Of a stretch of 64,000 nucleotides of DNA, positions 44,011 to 57,980 are shown piece after piece. Each line of letters starts with the position of its first letter. Position 1 is the stretch's first letter. The notes under the pieces are model-generated. The model was not told the origin of the DNA. It made no database searches and was given only the letters and a program-made list of their open reading frames with translations. The DNA lies in the NCBI GenBank assembly GCA_951406725.2, contig OX597820.1, positions 9,300,001 to 9,364,000 on the forward strand. The letters run 5' to 3'. The translations under genes were made by a program, and so were the position numbers. This DNA comes from Octopus vulgaris. Lineage: Eukaryota.

Positions 44011-44698
44011 GACACTGCCCGTTTACACCACCCTTCCGCTTTGAGGAGGGGTTGGACTTTTAGGTTCGTGATGCCGTTAGGACCAGAGAAGAAGCCGGCT
44101 CAACTCGCCATGGGTGAACACCCTCACAAGTACAAGTAAGTAAGATGTATGTGTATTCTTTTTTAAAAATTCTTTTGTTCTTTTACTTGTTTCAGTCATT
44201 TGACTGCGACCATACTGGAGCACCGCCTTCACTCGAACAAATCGACCCCAGAATTTATTCTTTGTAAGCTTAGTACTTATTCTACCGGTCTCTTTGTGCC
44301 GAACCGCTAAGTTACGGGGACGCAAACACACCAATACCAGTTTTCAAGCGAAGGCGGCAGACAAACACAGACACCAAATAAATACACATACACACACGCG
44401 CGCGTTCGCACGTACGCGCTCATATAGATATGGTCAATTCAAGGATGTTCGATCCACATTAGGGATTATATAATCCCTAAAAATTCCACTGGTTAATCAC
44501 TATTTTGTAAGGAGAAAGTCTCGACTACATGTTAGGGCTTATTGTAGTAATACATATTATTAATATTGAAGGGAAGAAAATGGAGAAAGATGGATGTTTA
44601 AATAATTTATTTGTATGATATAAAGATGTTGAAATTTTTTATATAATAACAAAACAAATAAATTATAAGTTGTAAGCTCTAAAAGAAATGGCAGATGC

Positions 44699-44820
44699 GA
44701 AAAGCCTACATATATGTTTCGGTTCATGCCCCTAGCTGATACGTAATTCTGAGCATTTAGTTATATGCTAAGAATTGGCATAATTTTCAACTATATGGGG
44801 CAGGATCTCATCAGGGTTTC
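44699..44820 (-). ncRNA. Type I hammerhead ribozyme-like motif, canonical core, long stem II
   Basis: gaaacc-CUGAUGA-gaucc-ugcccc...ggggca-ugaacc-GAAAC-auauau-GUA-ggcuuuuc; palindromic stem III ACAUAUAUGU. Confidence 0.65.
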
Positions 44821-45387
44821 ATGAGCTTATAGAGGGAATGGTTAACGTATTTCTTGAAAGGATGCATACAAAATAGCAATAAGTTTAAGAAGTTAGATCC
44901 TATATGCAATGTTAATGTGTCTAGCTAGTGAGTTATAGATATTAGTAAATATACGATAAAGAAAATAAAGTAAATAAAAATAGCATAAAAATAAGGGCAA
45001 AGAAAGAAGATAAGAAGGATAAAAATATAAATATATGTAATATATATATTGTAAAAAGAAAAGAATAATACTTAGATATGCAAGGGAATAATAAAATAAA
45101 TGAAGGATAAGTTAGATCGTAAAAAAATTATTTGTCAACCGCCATAGATAAATTATTTCCAACCGTCTTAGATAAATTATTATTGGTTTGGTAATAGATG
45201 CAGTTCAGGAAAACTATAGATGAGTAGCGCTCGCGTTGTTATGTGTCGTATTGAAAATCAAGTATTGATAAAAGGTTGAAGAATTGACCTTTAAGATATG
45301 TATCTTGTAAGCCTTACTTATAAACCGTTAGTCATCGATATATAAAATGTATATATTCAAATTAACGTGTTTACACATTGGCACATG

Positions 45388-45440
<53 letters not shown>

Positions 45441-45650
45441 TAAGCAATAAATGGTTTAGCAACGAATTGCCTTACCACATACCGAATTTAGAAATAGCAG
45501 TCAAAGAGTTATAGCTATTTCTTCTACTAAAAAGGGAGATCTCAGTAAAAAACACAGCAATTGGAAGGCAGACACAAACAGGTAAGAGAGAATGAATTGA
45601 CGGCAATCTATCATACAATTTTAAGTTATATATATATATATATATACTTA

Positions 45651-45687
<37 letters not shown>

Positions 45688-45697
45688 GCGTTTTATG

Positions 45698-45728
<31 letters not shown>

Positions 45729-45918
45729 CGTTTTATCTATTATTTTGCATATTAATTAATCTTTGGTATAATATTGTTATTTTATATTTAATATTTCTAT
45801 TATATGTAATTTTCTAGATGGTGTAATTTGATTGTTCATTTTGAATTGATAAAAGGTGTTTTTTTTCTAATTTATATATATATATATATATATATACATA
45901 CACACACACACACATACA

Positions 45919-46479
45919 CAGGGTGTTCAAAAAGCCTCTCCGCAGTGAATTTTTCATCCTGCGCATGCGCAACTTAGCTTTCACTGCGTGGGCGGCCGGA
46001 TGTCAGCTGAAAGTGAAATTAAAAATGCATACTTTCACCAAGATGGAGCTACAGCACAAACTTCGCGCATCACCGTGACACTGTTTCAAGAGATTTTTTT
46101 CGGTGAATGGATTATTTGGAAGGGACTTTGGCCACCAAGATCACCTGATTTAATGCCGCCAAACATTTTTTTTTCTGGGGATCAAGTAAAGGATCAGCGT
46201 ACTAGAATCGCCCGAAAACCATTAAAAAGCTAAAAGAGGCAATCATAACCTTCATACGGTCCATATTGCGTCAGACTCTCCAAGATGTATTTCAAAACAA
46301 GTGTAGAAGAGTCAACTTATGTTTTGAAAATGAAGGACGACACTTTTAACACTTCTTATAAGGTTTTTAAAGTCTTGTTCTTGAAAAATCTAATATATTC
46401 TTTTGTAGTCTTATACCACCTCATAAATATTTATTTAGCAATAAAATACTAACTGCGGAGAGACTTTTTGAACACCCTG
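45919..46479 (+). mobile_element. Internally deleted Tc1/mariner element
   Basis: 28-bp TIR cagggtgttcaaaaag(c/t)ctctccgcagt, TA on the right flank, and transposase fragment YFHQDGATA...WPPRSPDLMPPNIFF (ORF 45988-46233). Confidence 0.9.
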
Positions 46480-46879
46480 TATTATATATGTGTGCGTATG
46501 TGTGTGTATGTATATATATATATGTATGAGTATATATATATATATATCACGTGATCACGTGACCGACCAGACCATCAGATGTTGTTACACATCGCTGGTC
46601 ACAATGCGTTCGCATTGTTTTAGCCTTCGAATGACGCCATCCCGCTAGCTAAGCGAGCAGGCCAATATATATATATATACTCATACATATATATATATAC
46701 GCATACATATATACGTACGCACACAGACATATATATATATATATACGACGGGCTTCTTTCAGTTTCCATCTACCAAATCCACTCACAAGTCATTGGTCGG
46801 CCCGTAGTAGGAGGCACTTGCCCAAGGTGCCACACAGTGGAACTAAACCCAGAACCACATGTGGTTGGGAAGCAAGCTT

Positions 46880-47293
46880 CTTATTTCTTATTTCTGACCA
46901 CAAGGGGCTACACACAGAGGGGACAAACAAGGACAGACAAATGGATTAAGTTGATTATATCGATCCCAGTGCGTAACTGGTACTTATTTAATCGACCCCG
47001 AAAGGATGAAAGGCAAAGTCGACCTCGGCAGAATTTGAACTCAGAACGTAACCGCAGACGAAATACCTATTTCTTTACCACCCACAAGGGACTAAACATA
47101 GAGGGGACAAACAAGGACAGACAAACGGATTAAGTCGATTATATCGACTCCAGTGCGTAACTGGCACTTATTTAATCAACCCCGAAAGGATGAAAGGCAA
47201 AGTCGAATTCAGCGGAATTTGAACTCAGAACGTAGCGGCAGACGAAATACCGCTAAGCATTCCACCCGGTAGGCTAACATTTCTGCCAGCTCG
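46880..47293 (-). mobile_element. Nin-domain SINE dimer inserted in a family B SINE
   Basis: Two units. The host SINE is interrupted near gcaagcttctta, present at ~46871 and ~47293. Confidence 0.8.
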
Positions 47294-48411
47294 CAAGCTT
47301 CTTAGCACACAGCCACTCCTGCGCCTAAAAAGATAAGACGAAATGCCGTTAAGTATTTTGTCCAGTGCGATAAGGATTCTGTCAGCTAAAAGTCCTACTG
47401 TGTTTTCACTATTAAATATCAATAAGAATGGTATAAAAGTTTTAAAAATTATTTTGTGTGGTGTAGAAATAAATATAAGCAATTTATTTCACATAAATTT
47501 TAACAGTAAACACTTATATAAGCATAGGAGTGGCTGTGTGGTAAGTAGCTTGCTTACGAACCATATGGTTCCGGGTTCAGTCCCACTGTGTGACACCTTG
47601 GGCAAGGGTCTTCTACTATAGCTTCGGGTGGACCAAAGCCTTGTGAGTGGATTTGGTAGACGGAAACTGAATGAAACCCGTCGTATATATGTATATGTCT
47701 GCGTGTCTGTTTGTCCCCGTAACTTAGCGGTTCAGCAAAAAATGACCGATAGAATAAGTAGTAGGCTTACAAAGAATTTGGGGCCGATGTGCTCGACTAA
47801 ACGCGGTGCTCCAGCATGGCCACAGTCGCATGACTGAAAGAAGTAAAAAAGAGAGTATGGGCGCCCAAGCGTCATATGGACCCCCAGTTAAGAACCACTG
47901 GTCAACATAGAAATGAATCATCGTTGTGATTGGCAGGATGTTCCAATGTGTGCCATCGAAGTGCACACATATCGAGATACGCGATGAGGGTTATCAAGGA
48001 GAGAGAGAGACTTTCTCTAGTATCGTAAAATTCATAGTTCTGCTGATTGTAGAAAGCCGTTTGGTAATATTTTCACACATTCCACCAAGTCATCCTTTTA
48101 TAATAGAAATTACCATTGCCGCCTTGCAGTTCTAAAACCTTTAAAGCCCCGCTTCGGATCCTTATACTTAGTCTGTCGACTCATTTCCTTTCAGTTGCTT
48201 TCTCTTGTATAACGATATGGAAATCCAAATGAATTGTTCCTTGCTCCTCTGGATTTTCTCGATTGTCTGATAAATCTCAACATTTTTCGTTGGCCTATGT
48301 TCACACCACTTTTATGGATCTTATCGTCTGTGCGTTTTGCATGGTCACCATTGAACAGGGTAAGTAGTCCTGCCGTGTCTCCAGCCATTTTAAAGAACGC
48401 CAATTATCAAT

Positions 48412-48438
48412 TGCTACTACTACCACCACCACAACCAT

Positions 48439-48535
<97 letters not shown>

Positions 48536-48630
48536 ACCACCATCACCACCACCACAACTACTACTACTACTACTACTACTACTGTTGCTGCTGCTGCTGG
48601 TGATGATGATGATGATATTGCTGCTGCTGT

Positions 48631-48713
<83 letters not shown>

Positions 48714-48830
48714 TTACTACTACCACCATCACAACCACCACTACTACTACTGCTGCTGCTGCTGCTACGACTACTACTATTACTACTACCACCATCACAA
48801 CCACCACTACTACTAATGCTGCTGCTGCTG

Positions 48831-48891
<61 letters not shown>

Positions 48892-48907
48892 CACCACCAC
48901 CAACACC
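48412..48907. repeat. Compound (CTA)n/(CTG)n/(CCA)n tract
   Basis: Directly visible. Confidence 0.95.
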
Positions 48908-49303
48908 AGCTGGCGGAAACGTTAGCACGCCGGGCGAAATGCATAGCGGTATTTCGTCTGTCGTTACGTTCTGAGTTCAAATTCCACCGAGGTCGACTTT
49001 GCCTTTCATCCTTTCGGGGTCAATAAATTAAGTACTAGTTACGCACTGGGGTCGATGCAATCGACTTAATCCGTTTGTCTGTCCTTGTTTGTCCCCTCTG
49101 TGTGTAGCCCCTTGTGGGTAGTAAAGAAATAGCTGTTTCGTCCGCCTTTACGTTCTGAGTTCAAATCCCGCAGAAGTCCACTTTCCCTTTCATCTTTTCG
49201 GGGTCGATAAATTAAGTACCAGCCAAGTACTAGGGCCGATGTAATTGACTAGTCCCTCCCCCCACTAAATTTTAGGCCTTGTGCCTTTAGTAGAAATGAT
49301 TAT
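48907..49303 (+). mobile_element. Nin-domain SINE dimer
   Basis: Head plus 2 units. Confidence 0.8.
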
Positions 49304-49656
49304 GATTATTACTAGTTTACGTCTGTCGCTACGCTGCCGGATAAAAATATTTCTAAATCATGAACATCCTTTCATATATTGTGCAAATAATGTGCAGATT
49401 GGTTTTCTTGGTGAACATGAAAAGCTTGAATACCGTTGAGCAATAAAATTTATTTCAAACACTTTTTGACAGACTTACACTTAGAGTTCCTGTGTTTCTA
49501 ATCAAAACTTGTTAGTTACAATGGTGACAACAATACCTAACTATCTATCCTTCACACTCAATAGCAACCATTTCTCCCCGCTTCCTTTATTCAAAGCGAA
49601 ATTCTTTTTTAAAATCTGTATTGTGTTCGCTATAAGCTATAAGTTGAAAGAAACAG

Positions 49657-49744
<88 letters not shown>

Positions 49745-50082
49745 ATATACTCACTCATACAACCCCGAAAATAATTATATATCTTTCAAAACTTGTTAGT
49801 TCCGATGGTAACAACACTACGGATCTATCTTTCACACACACACACACACACAAACACACTCTGTCTGTCTGACTGTCTCTTTCTCTCCCCCACGCACACA
49901 CACACACACACACACACAATTTCTCTTTCTCACACGCACACATTTATTTCTCTCTCAAAAACTTTTTCTCCCCACCCCCACTTCTAAAAATACATTGTCA
50001 CGTATATTTTGATTCTTCCCCTTCTTTACGATCCTCATATAAATGTTTTGCACGGACAAACACGGAGATCCGCTTGTCCTTA

Positions 50083-50141
<59 letters not shown>

Positions 50142-50144
50142 TAC

Positions 50145-50212
<68 letters not shown>

Positions 50213-51084
50213 GTAACCCTCAAAGCACCAAGACGTTTTTCCCTCTCTCTTCGAGACACGATTTATTCAAGCATTTACCAGATGATATTTTCTTTGAGGT
50301 GCTTGGAATATAATTATCAAAGAAAAGCCTACCCTCAGTACCCGGGGGGGCAGACAAAAAGAAAGCAAAATTTTGAAATTCCTAAAATTCATTTAGTTAC
50401 ATATATAAAACATTTGCATGCAAAATGGCTGTCGAGCATTCACATGTCACGTGATTGATCCTAAAAAAGCAGACAGAGAGGAAACAACGCTCCACATGCT
50501 CAAAAACAAAAAAAAAAAAAAAACTAGTTCAATGGAGACTTAGAAGATAAAAATACAAATGTTTCAGATGTTCGTATAAGTAGTTTCGAAAATGGCAATG
50601 AAAGTAGATAAACAATAGGAGTGCCGTCTCTTATGCGAAACACTGTTTCGTTTATAAAATAGTGTGTCAAGTGAAGCTTTCCTGATCACATACTCTTTAC
50701 TCTTTCTCTTTTACTCTTTTACTTGTTTCAGTCATTTTGACAGCAGCCATGCTGGAGCATCGCCTTTTAGTCGAGCAAAATCGACCCCAGGACTTGTTCT
50801 TTGTAAGCCTAGTACTTATTCTATTGGTCTCTTTTGCCGAACCGCTAGGTTACGGGGACCTAAACACACCAGCATCGGTTGTCAAGCGATGTTGGGGGAG
50901 GGGACAAACACAGCCACACAAACACACTCACATACATACATACATACATACATACATACATACATACATACATACATACATACATAGATACATACATACA
51001 TATAACATATATATATATATGGTGGTGCTATTAAGTTAGACATGGCCTGGGCCAATAATGGCTGAAATCTATCAAAGTATCAAA

Positions 51085-51141
<57 letters not shown>

Positions 51142-51264
51142 CCAAACAAGAAAACACAGAAAAAACACAGAAAAAAAAGAGAAAAAAAAAGAGAAAAAAA
51201 CACAGCAACGCAGGACGTGGAACAATTAAAGTATTATTGACGCTCAGGAAAGAAGGGAAGGAGG

Positions 51265-51299
51265 GTTTAACGTTTCGAGCGGAGCTCTTCGTCGGAAAC
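51265..51299 (-). ncRNA. Minimal hammerhead-like motif (CCGACGA)
   Basis: guuu-CCGACGA-a-gagc-ucc-gcuc-GAAAC-GUU-aaac; stems I and II pair fully. Confidence 0.55.
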
Positions 51300-51455
51300 A
51301 AGGAGAAGGAAAGATCCCAAGGAGGGAAGAGCTGGTGGTGCTTAAGAGATCACATATATATATATAAAACATAGTAAATAGGGTAATAAAAATAAATTAC
51401 TATTACCAGTAACCTAGCACAAAAGACGAATTAGTCATTAGACTATATGTTATTC

Positions 51456-51587
51456 ATATATAAATACATTAAAAGGCCTCTAAATAAAGAAGCGAGTGCT
51501 AGATACACAAAAAGGGGATAAATTCATTGAATTTATCCCCTTTTTGTGTGTCTAGCACTCGCTTCTTTATTTAGAGGTCTTTTAATG

Positions 51588-51598
<11 letters not shown>
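51456..51598. repeat. Near-perfect palindrome with 71-bp arms
   Basis: Centre at 51527 (ggggataaattca-t-tgaatttatcccc). Confidence 0.9.
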
Positions 51599-51631
<33 letters not shown>

Positions 51632-51724
51632 TTCAGCAAAATTTAGATTCAGATGAATATGGTACTTAAGTTAAAGGCACCAGCATTTTGTATGGTATTA
51701 TCCATATAAATCAAATGGGGTGAA

Positions 51725-51810
51725 TATAATCAAAAATAGCAACAAGGATATCCCAGGTAGTGTAGTACAATTGTACTACACTACCTGGGATATCCTTGTT
51801 GCTTATTTTG

Positions 51811-51817
<7 letters not shown>
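51725..51817. repeat. Palindrome with perfect 33-bp core arms
   Basis: agcaacaaggatatcccaggtagtgtagtacaa|ttgtactacactacctgggatatccttgttgct. Confidence 0.9.
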
Positions 51818-51853
<36 letters not shown>

Positions 51854-51912
51854 GTACTACACTACCTAGGATATCCTTGTTGCTATTTATATATACACAT
51901 ATAAATAAATAA

Positions 51913-51954
<42 letters not shown>

Positions 51955-52186
51955 TGAATTTAACAACACAACACATCACATGCTCTTAATCCCTTTGGAT
52001 CTTAACACCTCAAGGTAATTTTTTGGTAAACAACCATAAAACTCAAGATACACAACGAACTCACAATGTATCGGAGAACTTATTTTTTAATTTTTGTACA
52101 TTTTTATCATTATTCTTTTACAAAAAACAATGCAATTTTCTTTTTTTCCCCTTTCTAATTTTTAAAAAAACTTCTTAAAACATAAA

Positions 52187-52227
52187 TATTCTTGACAAGT
52201 CATACAATGACGAAAACCGGTTGAATA
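52187..52227 (+). ncRNA. Hammerhead-like motif with U3:A8 core
   Basis: uauuc-UUGACAA-gucau-aca-augac-GAAA-ACCG-GUU-gaaua: 5-bp stems I and II, palindromic stem III ACCGGU. Confidence 0.5.
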
Positions 52228-52365
52228 AATATATATTTATATATTTTATCATTTTCTCATTTTATTAAAATTTTCTTTCATTTGAGCATTCTGCATTTTT
52301 AAAAAAAATTTTTCCTTACTTATCATTTCTCCACGTGCGGTCAACACAACCCCACCATTTATTGA

Positions 52366-52405
<40 letters not shown>

Positions 52406-52489
52406 CACACATATATACACACACACACACATTTTAAAAAATTTTATCTTGTTTCAGCTCACGAGCTGTGGCCATGCTGGAGCACCGCC

Positions 52490-52552
<63 letters not shown>

Positions 52553-52896
52553 TACGACGGGCTTCTTTTAGTTTCCGTCTACCAAATCCACTCACAAGGC
52601 TTTGGTCGGCCCGAGGCTATAGTAGAAGACACTTGCCCAAGGTGCCACACAGTGGTACCGAACCCGGAACCATGTGGTTCGTAAGCAAGCTACTTACCAC
52701 ACAGCCACTCCTGCGCCTGAACAAACAGAACTTTTAGATATATAACATTACAGGGGAGGTGGAGGCAAAAAAAAAAAAAACATTGTTGGGAGAATTTCGT
52801 AAAACCGTACAGCATAGGAGCTGATCTAAGAAAAAGCAAAGAGAATAATTATACACCCCTGTTTATGAAAGGGCTGAAATAAATTAAATATCAAAA

Positions 52897-53295
52897 GCGC
52901 AGGAGTGGCTGTGTGGTAAGTAGCTTGCTAACCAACCACATGGTTCCGGGTTCAGTCCCACTGCGTGGCATCTTGGGCAAGTGTCTTCTGCTATAGCCCC
53001 GGGCCGACCAATGCCTTGTCAGTGGATTCGGTAGACGGAAACTGAAAGAAGCCTGTCGTATATATGTATATATATATATGTATGTGTGTGTTTGTCCCCC
53101 TAGCATTGCTTGACAACCGATGCTGGTGTGTTTACGTCCCCGTCACGTAGCGGTTCGGCAAAAGAGACCGATAGAATAAGTACTGGGCTTACTAAAAGAA
53201 TAAGTCCCGGGGTCGATTTGCTCGACTAAAGGCGGTGCCCCAGCATGGCCGCAGTCAAATGACTGAAACAAGTAAAAGAGTAAAAGAGTAAAGAG
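52897..53295 (+). mobile_element. SINE family B, full length (other copies ~1-260, 15290-15635, 23995-24125, 37075-37480, 38580-38790, 39735-40120, 40945-41380, 44165-44400, 47525-47850, 50690-50930, 52445-52717, 53780-54305)
   Basis: The same ~400 bp head-core-microsatellite-tail sequence recurs more than 12 times on both strands, ending in (taaaagag)n. Confidence 0.85.
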
Positions 53296-53931
53296 GCCTT
53301 AGGGCAAATAATTACAAGCTCTTCAGGGCATATCGGAAGAAATCATTTCAGCTTGAAAAAGGAGAAGCTATAGTATCAATTGCTGTACTTTTAGGCGTCA
53401 AGACCCCCCAAAACACATAGGCTGAAACTGTCAAACACATCCCCTTCTATACATTTGTTCCCTTGTACATGAATCACAGAAGCGTAAGAGCAACGATAAA
53501 CGATATCGAAAACAAAGTAGGTCTGTGTCTAGTCGCCATTTTGTATTGCAGTATGTGGGAGTGGTGGGAGGTGATATATTGTTAAGGAGGTTCAAATGGA
53601 TTTTCAAGTCTTAATGACCCCGGTAAGCCACGAAGCCATACCGGAACTGTGCCCAGTTATAAGGTAATGAGACAAAGGGTCCGGGATTGATAATAGGGTG
53701 AGAAAAGTCTACTTGTTACATTTGTCGTAGTAAGAGCCATTTCAGAGTCGACTGCGCGGAAGAACTGGAAAGGAAGTAGTCGGTGTGTGATAAGAAGCTT
53801 TTTTCTCAACCACATGGTTCTGAGTTCAGTCCCACTGCGTGGCACTATGGGCAAGTGTCTTCTACTATAGCCTCGGGTTGACCAAAGTCTTGCGAGTGGA
53901 TTTGGTGGACGGAAACTGAAAGAAACCCGTC

Positions 53932-53968
<37 letters not shown>

Positions 53969-55037
53969 CACAGACACACACACACACACACACACACACA
54001 TAAACGGCAAAATGTCTGTCTGCGTGTCCTTTATACAAATCCACAATTTTTCAGTTAGAGGGCTCGCACTTTCTATGGTCATTCAAAACCGTTCAAGGGT
54101 GGTCGTGCACATCTTTATATTTCCCGAGTCACCCAGCAAAGCCATTAAAAAAATCAATAGAAGTGACATTTTTGTGAATTTTTTTCCCCATAAGTACTAG
54201 GCTTAAAAATGAGTCCTGGGGTCGATTCGTTCGACTAAAGCATTTCAAAGCGGTGCTCCAGCATGATCGCAGTCAAATGACTGAAACAAGTGAAATAATA
54301 AAAGAATAAAAACAAGAACGACCAAAATAATGATCAAACAAGACTGTAAAAAAAAAGACCAATAAACAAACCGCAGTTTCCAGAGCGAAAAGAAAAAGAA
54401 AAAAGAGTGACAACCAACAGTACAATTTCCTTATCGGACGATGAAGAAAAAAAGAATAAAATCCAATTGTTGCTGATAAAATTTACAAACTGTTGGAGAA
54501 AATACGAAAGGGTGAAAAAGAAAGAAAATGTTTGAAAAAAATAAATATCCCAGAAGATTAAACATAAACCTGACAAAAATGTTGTAGAGAGAAATCTCTA
54601 TACATAAATGTGTAATGGTATCTGTCTGTGTGTGCGTTTGGGGTTCCTCTAACTCCTCCCACACACTCCAACTGATTTTAATGGTTTTTGGCACATAGGT
54701 AGATCACATGCTCTGAAGTTCAAATAAGGCTGGAATTTTTTTCGAAGACTCGATAATGCTCAGTTGGCATCGATTTTTGTGAGCTCAATCGGGCGTTGGA
54801 ATGAAAATTCCCATAACGGTGTTATTTTTACCTGCAGCTTTTGCATCTTTTGTCCGATTTTGATGAAAACCAATGAGTGAGCGAGGCTCATGGTAGTGAG
54901 TTGATGTCAGTATATGCCGTTGGCAAAAAATCGATAATTACGCTTGAGCAATGGTTTTATAAAAGCAATAGGCTTTTGCGTACAAATACTCATAGGGATT
55001 TTATTTTTGACCGTAACTTTTATATTTTTATATAAAT

Positions 55038-55642
55038 TAGGCGTCGGCAACCTAAACCAGGCCGCGGGCCACTAGGCCACGTCTAGGCCACCTCGCGGGC
55101 CGCACCCTCTCCCAACCGGAAAAAATAACAAGCACACAAAACAATGATAATAAATGTAAATTGAACCTTTTTTAAGACTTGCAGTAATCACAATGTGAAA
55201 CGATTACTGCGAAGGCTGGTGATTCTTTGAAACTGATAGAGAGTCAATGTCCGGCTTGATGGACGAGGAGACAAGGAGGAGAACGTCTTGAAGAGGAGCG
55301 TCTTGTTCTTCATCAGCTCCATGCGGCTGAACAGCTGCTCGCAAGATATTTATAACCAAGTCAATTGGAGTAGAAGCGAAAAATAACTACAGTATCGGAG
55401 AAAAGGACGATTTTCTCTTTCTCTCTAAGTCTATCAGAATTCTTCTTCAAAGTTACGTTTATTCAGTGTCAGTATCATGAAAGTAGTACGCTGTTCTGGC
55501 TGGGGAGAAGACGGCCGCTGATTGGCTCTGTTAAATTTGCCGTCAGTTCTAACAACCCCACTGGGTCGCGGGAAATGTCTCATAGGCTGCACCTAATGGA
55601 AATCCGGACAAGGCGCCGCGGGCTGCAGGTTGCCGACGCAAT
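55038..55642 (-). mobile_element. Internally deleted hAT transposon with a transposase C-terminal remnant
   Basis: TIRs gcgtcggcaacct / aggttgccgacgc. Minus-strand SCEQLFSRMELMKNK (~55300-55347) matches the hAT dimerisation motif of Charlie/SPIN-type transposases. Confidence 0.7.
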
Positions 55643-56780
55643 GTAAATGGTCACATGGATTCTATTGTATGAGATAACCTTAATACTTTTCTTCGGATTT
55701 TGCTGAGATTGGACACGCTGATCAATTTTGTACAGAGGGTGTTGTTAAGGGGAGAGAAATAAACAAATATCACTCTCAGCGGGTCGAGGTACACCTAAAA
55801 ATTTGACTGCGATTTCAGACGGTCCAGTATGTAGGAGTATGTCGAAAGCGTTAACCGAGTAAAATTCCTGCCGAACCAGATAGAACATCTTAATGGGTAA
55901 TAGTTGGCACGGGGAACGTAGAAGATTTCAATACAAGGTTAGAGGTGGGCTTAACTTCAACACGCAAAACACCAGCTAATAATGATATAAACCTGCTCAG
56001 GAAAATGACATAGAAAAATATAAAAGACGAAGAATAAGCTTCATTGTCCGTTGGAAAACCAAACAAATGATTAATAGATAAAATGATGTATCTGTTGTCA
56101 CACGGATTTCCTGAAGAAGTTAGCATGACACAGGAAAAAAAAAACAATCAGATTCAGAATATAAACAATATGAAAAAGACAGATTGTTAGTAAAAATAAA
56201 AGCATGGCATTACTCGAAACTTAAAGAAGCATATCCTAAAGATTTAAGAGTTTCTCAACATCAAAATTCTTACAGGGTCATTTGACTCCATTCATAGCCA
56301 TTTCGAGAAATGGCTGATGGAAAAGGGGTGAGAAGTACCCAAAAACCCAACTTGTCTATGTTTTCATGTTTTATTTGCTTTAAATTACATATTTTTTTTT
56401 ATTGTTTTACTTCTCAGAGCGGTCGGTCTTGTTTCCTCTGGTTGATTCTGTGAAAGTGGACAGCAACCTGTCGTCAGAGGTCTCACTGGGTCTACTTCCG
56501 CTAAAAAAAAGCTGCCTACTCCAACCTCTCCTCCCTATTTAGGATTACACATTGTTGATTTCTTTCTCTTTTTTTTTGTTTACACGCAAAACCCTCACAA
56601 CGACACACACACACACATACACACACACATTCTTTGTTTTGTCCTGTGCTGTCCACAATGCTTTTCTTAATGTAAGGCCTTGTGTTAGTAATATAGAAGT
56701 TATCATCATCGTCGTCGTCGTCGTCGTCGTCGTTGTTGTTGTTATTATTACTATTATTATTATCATTATTATTATTACTA

Positions 56781-56844
<64 letters not shown>

Positions 56845-56847
56845 TAC

Positions 56848-56878
<31 letters not shown>

Positions 56879-56885
56879 ATATTAC

Positions 56886-56940
<55 letters not shown>

Positions 56941-57595
56941 ATAATTATTATTAATAATAATAACAATAGTAATAATAATAATAATAACTTCTTTTTTCAA
57001 TTTTGTTTCCATTTCTTGCCGAGTGTCTTCCCAACACTTAGGATAAAGAAACTCACCGCATACATTGGCAGGCCATCAAAATAAACACATTTGGTCATTT
57101 TCAAAGTCATGTGATAGAAAAAAAAGGGGAGAAAATCAGAAGAAAGAAGAAGAAAAAAGAAAATAAGAAAAAATGAAAGAAAAAGAAAATAAAGAAAATA
57201 AGGGGGAAGAGGAAAGAGAATTCACAGCGGCAATGCTCCTCTCAATAGGTGGGACGTACCAGTTAAGGCATACGCTAGTGCATGCTAATTTTATCTTGAT
57301 ATTCGGTGACAACAAGTCTCAATTTTCAAGAATCTTCCTTAGAATTCGTACAGAATATAGTATGATACTTTTCGACAATGGAAATTGCAGTCCCAATCTC
57401 TTTCAGTCTTTTAGGCAGTATTTTGGGTGCTGTACCAATGCACTGATTACTACGGGATAATTGCTTCGTGGCCTTTCATAGTTTCCTCAGCTCTCTGACT
57501 AGATCCTGATATTTCTCAATTTAAAAAATTTCTTTCGTATCGATTCTGTTATCAAAAGGAATTTCAAAAGCTATTTTCTGTTTCTCGTTTTAAGT

Positions 57596-57980
57596 TATTT
57601 CTTTACTACCCACAAGGGGCTAAACACAGCAAGGACAAACAAGGACAGACAAACGGATTAAGTCGATTACATCGACCCCAGTGCGTAACTGGTACTTATT
57701 TAATCGACCCCGAAAGGATGAAAGGTAAAGTCGACCCCGGCGGAATTTGAACTCAGAGCGTAATGCCAGACGAAATACCTATTTCTTTACTGCCCACAAG
57801 GGGCTAAACACAGAGAGGACAAACAAGGACAGACAAACGGATTAAGCCGATTATATCGACCCCAGTGCGTAACTGTTACTTAATTTATCGACCCCGAAAG
57901 GATGAAAGGTAAAGTCGACCTCGGCGGAATTTGAACTCAGAACGGAAATATGCACGAAATACCTATTTCTTTACTACCCA
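57596..57980 (-). mobile_element. Nin-domain SINE array
   Basis: Two units plus the tail of a third, with the same junction. Confidence 0.8.

Noticed and set aside
45505-45550. Hammerhead-like motif on the minus strand (CUGAGA...GAAAUAGCUAUA)
   Set aside because: The core is one base short and stem I does not pair.
54594-55800. Larger Helitron-like element hosting the hAT insertion
   Set aside because: The 5' end is suggestive but no clear 3' CTAG terminus was found.
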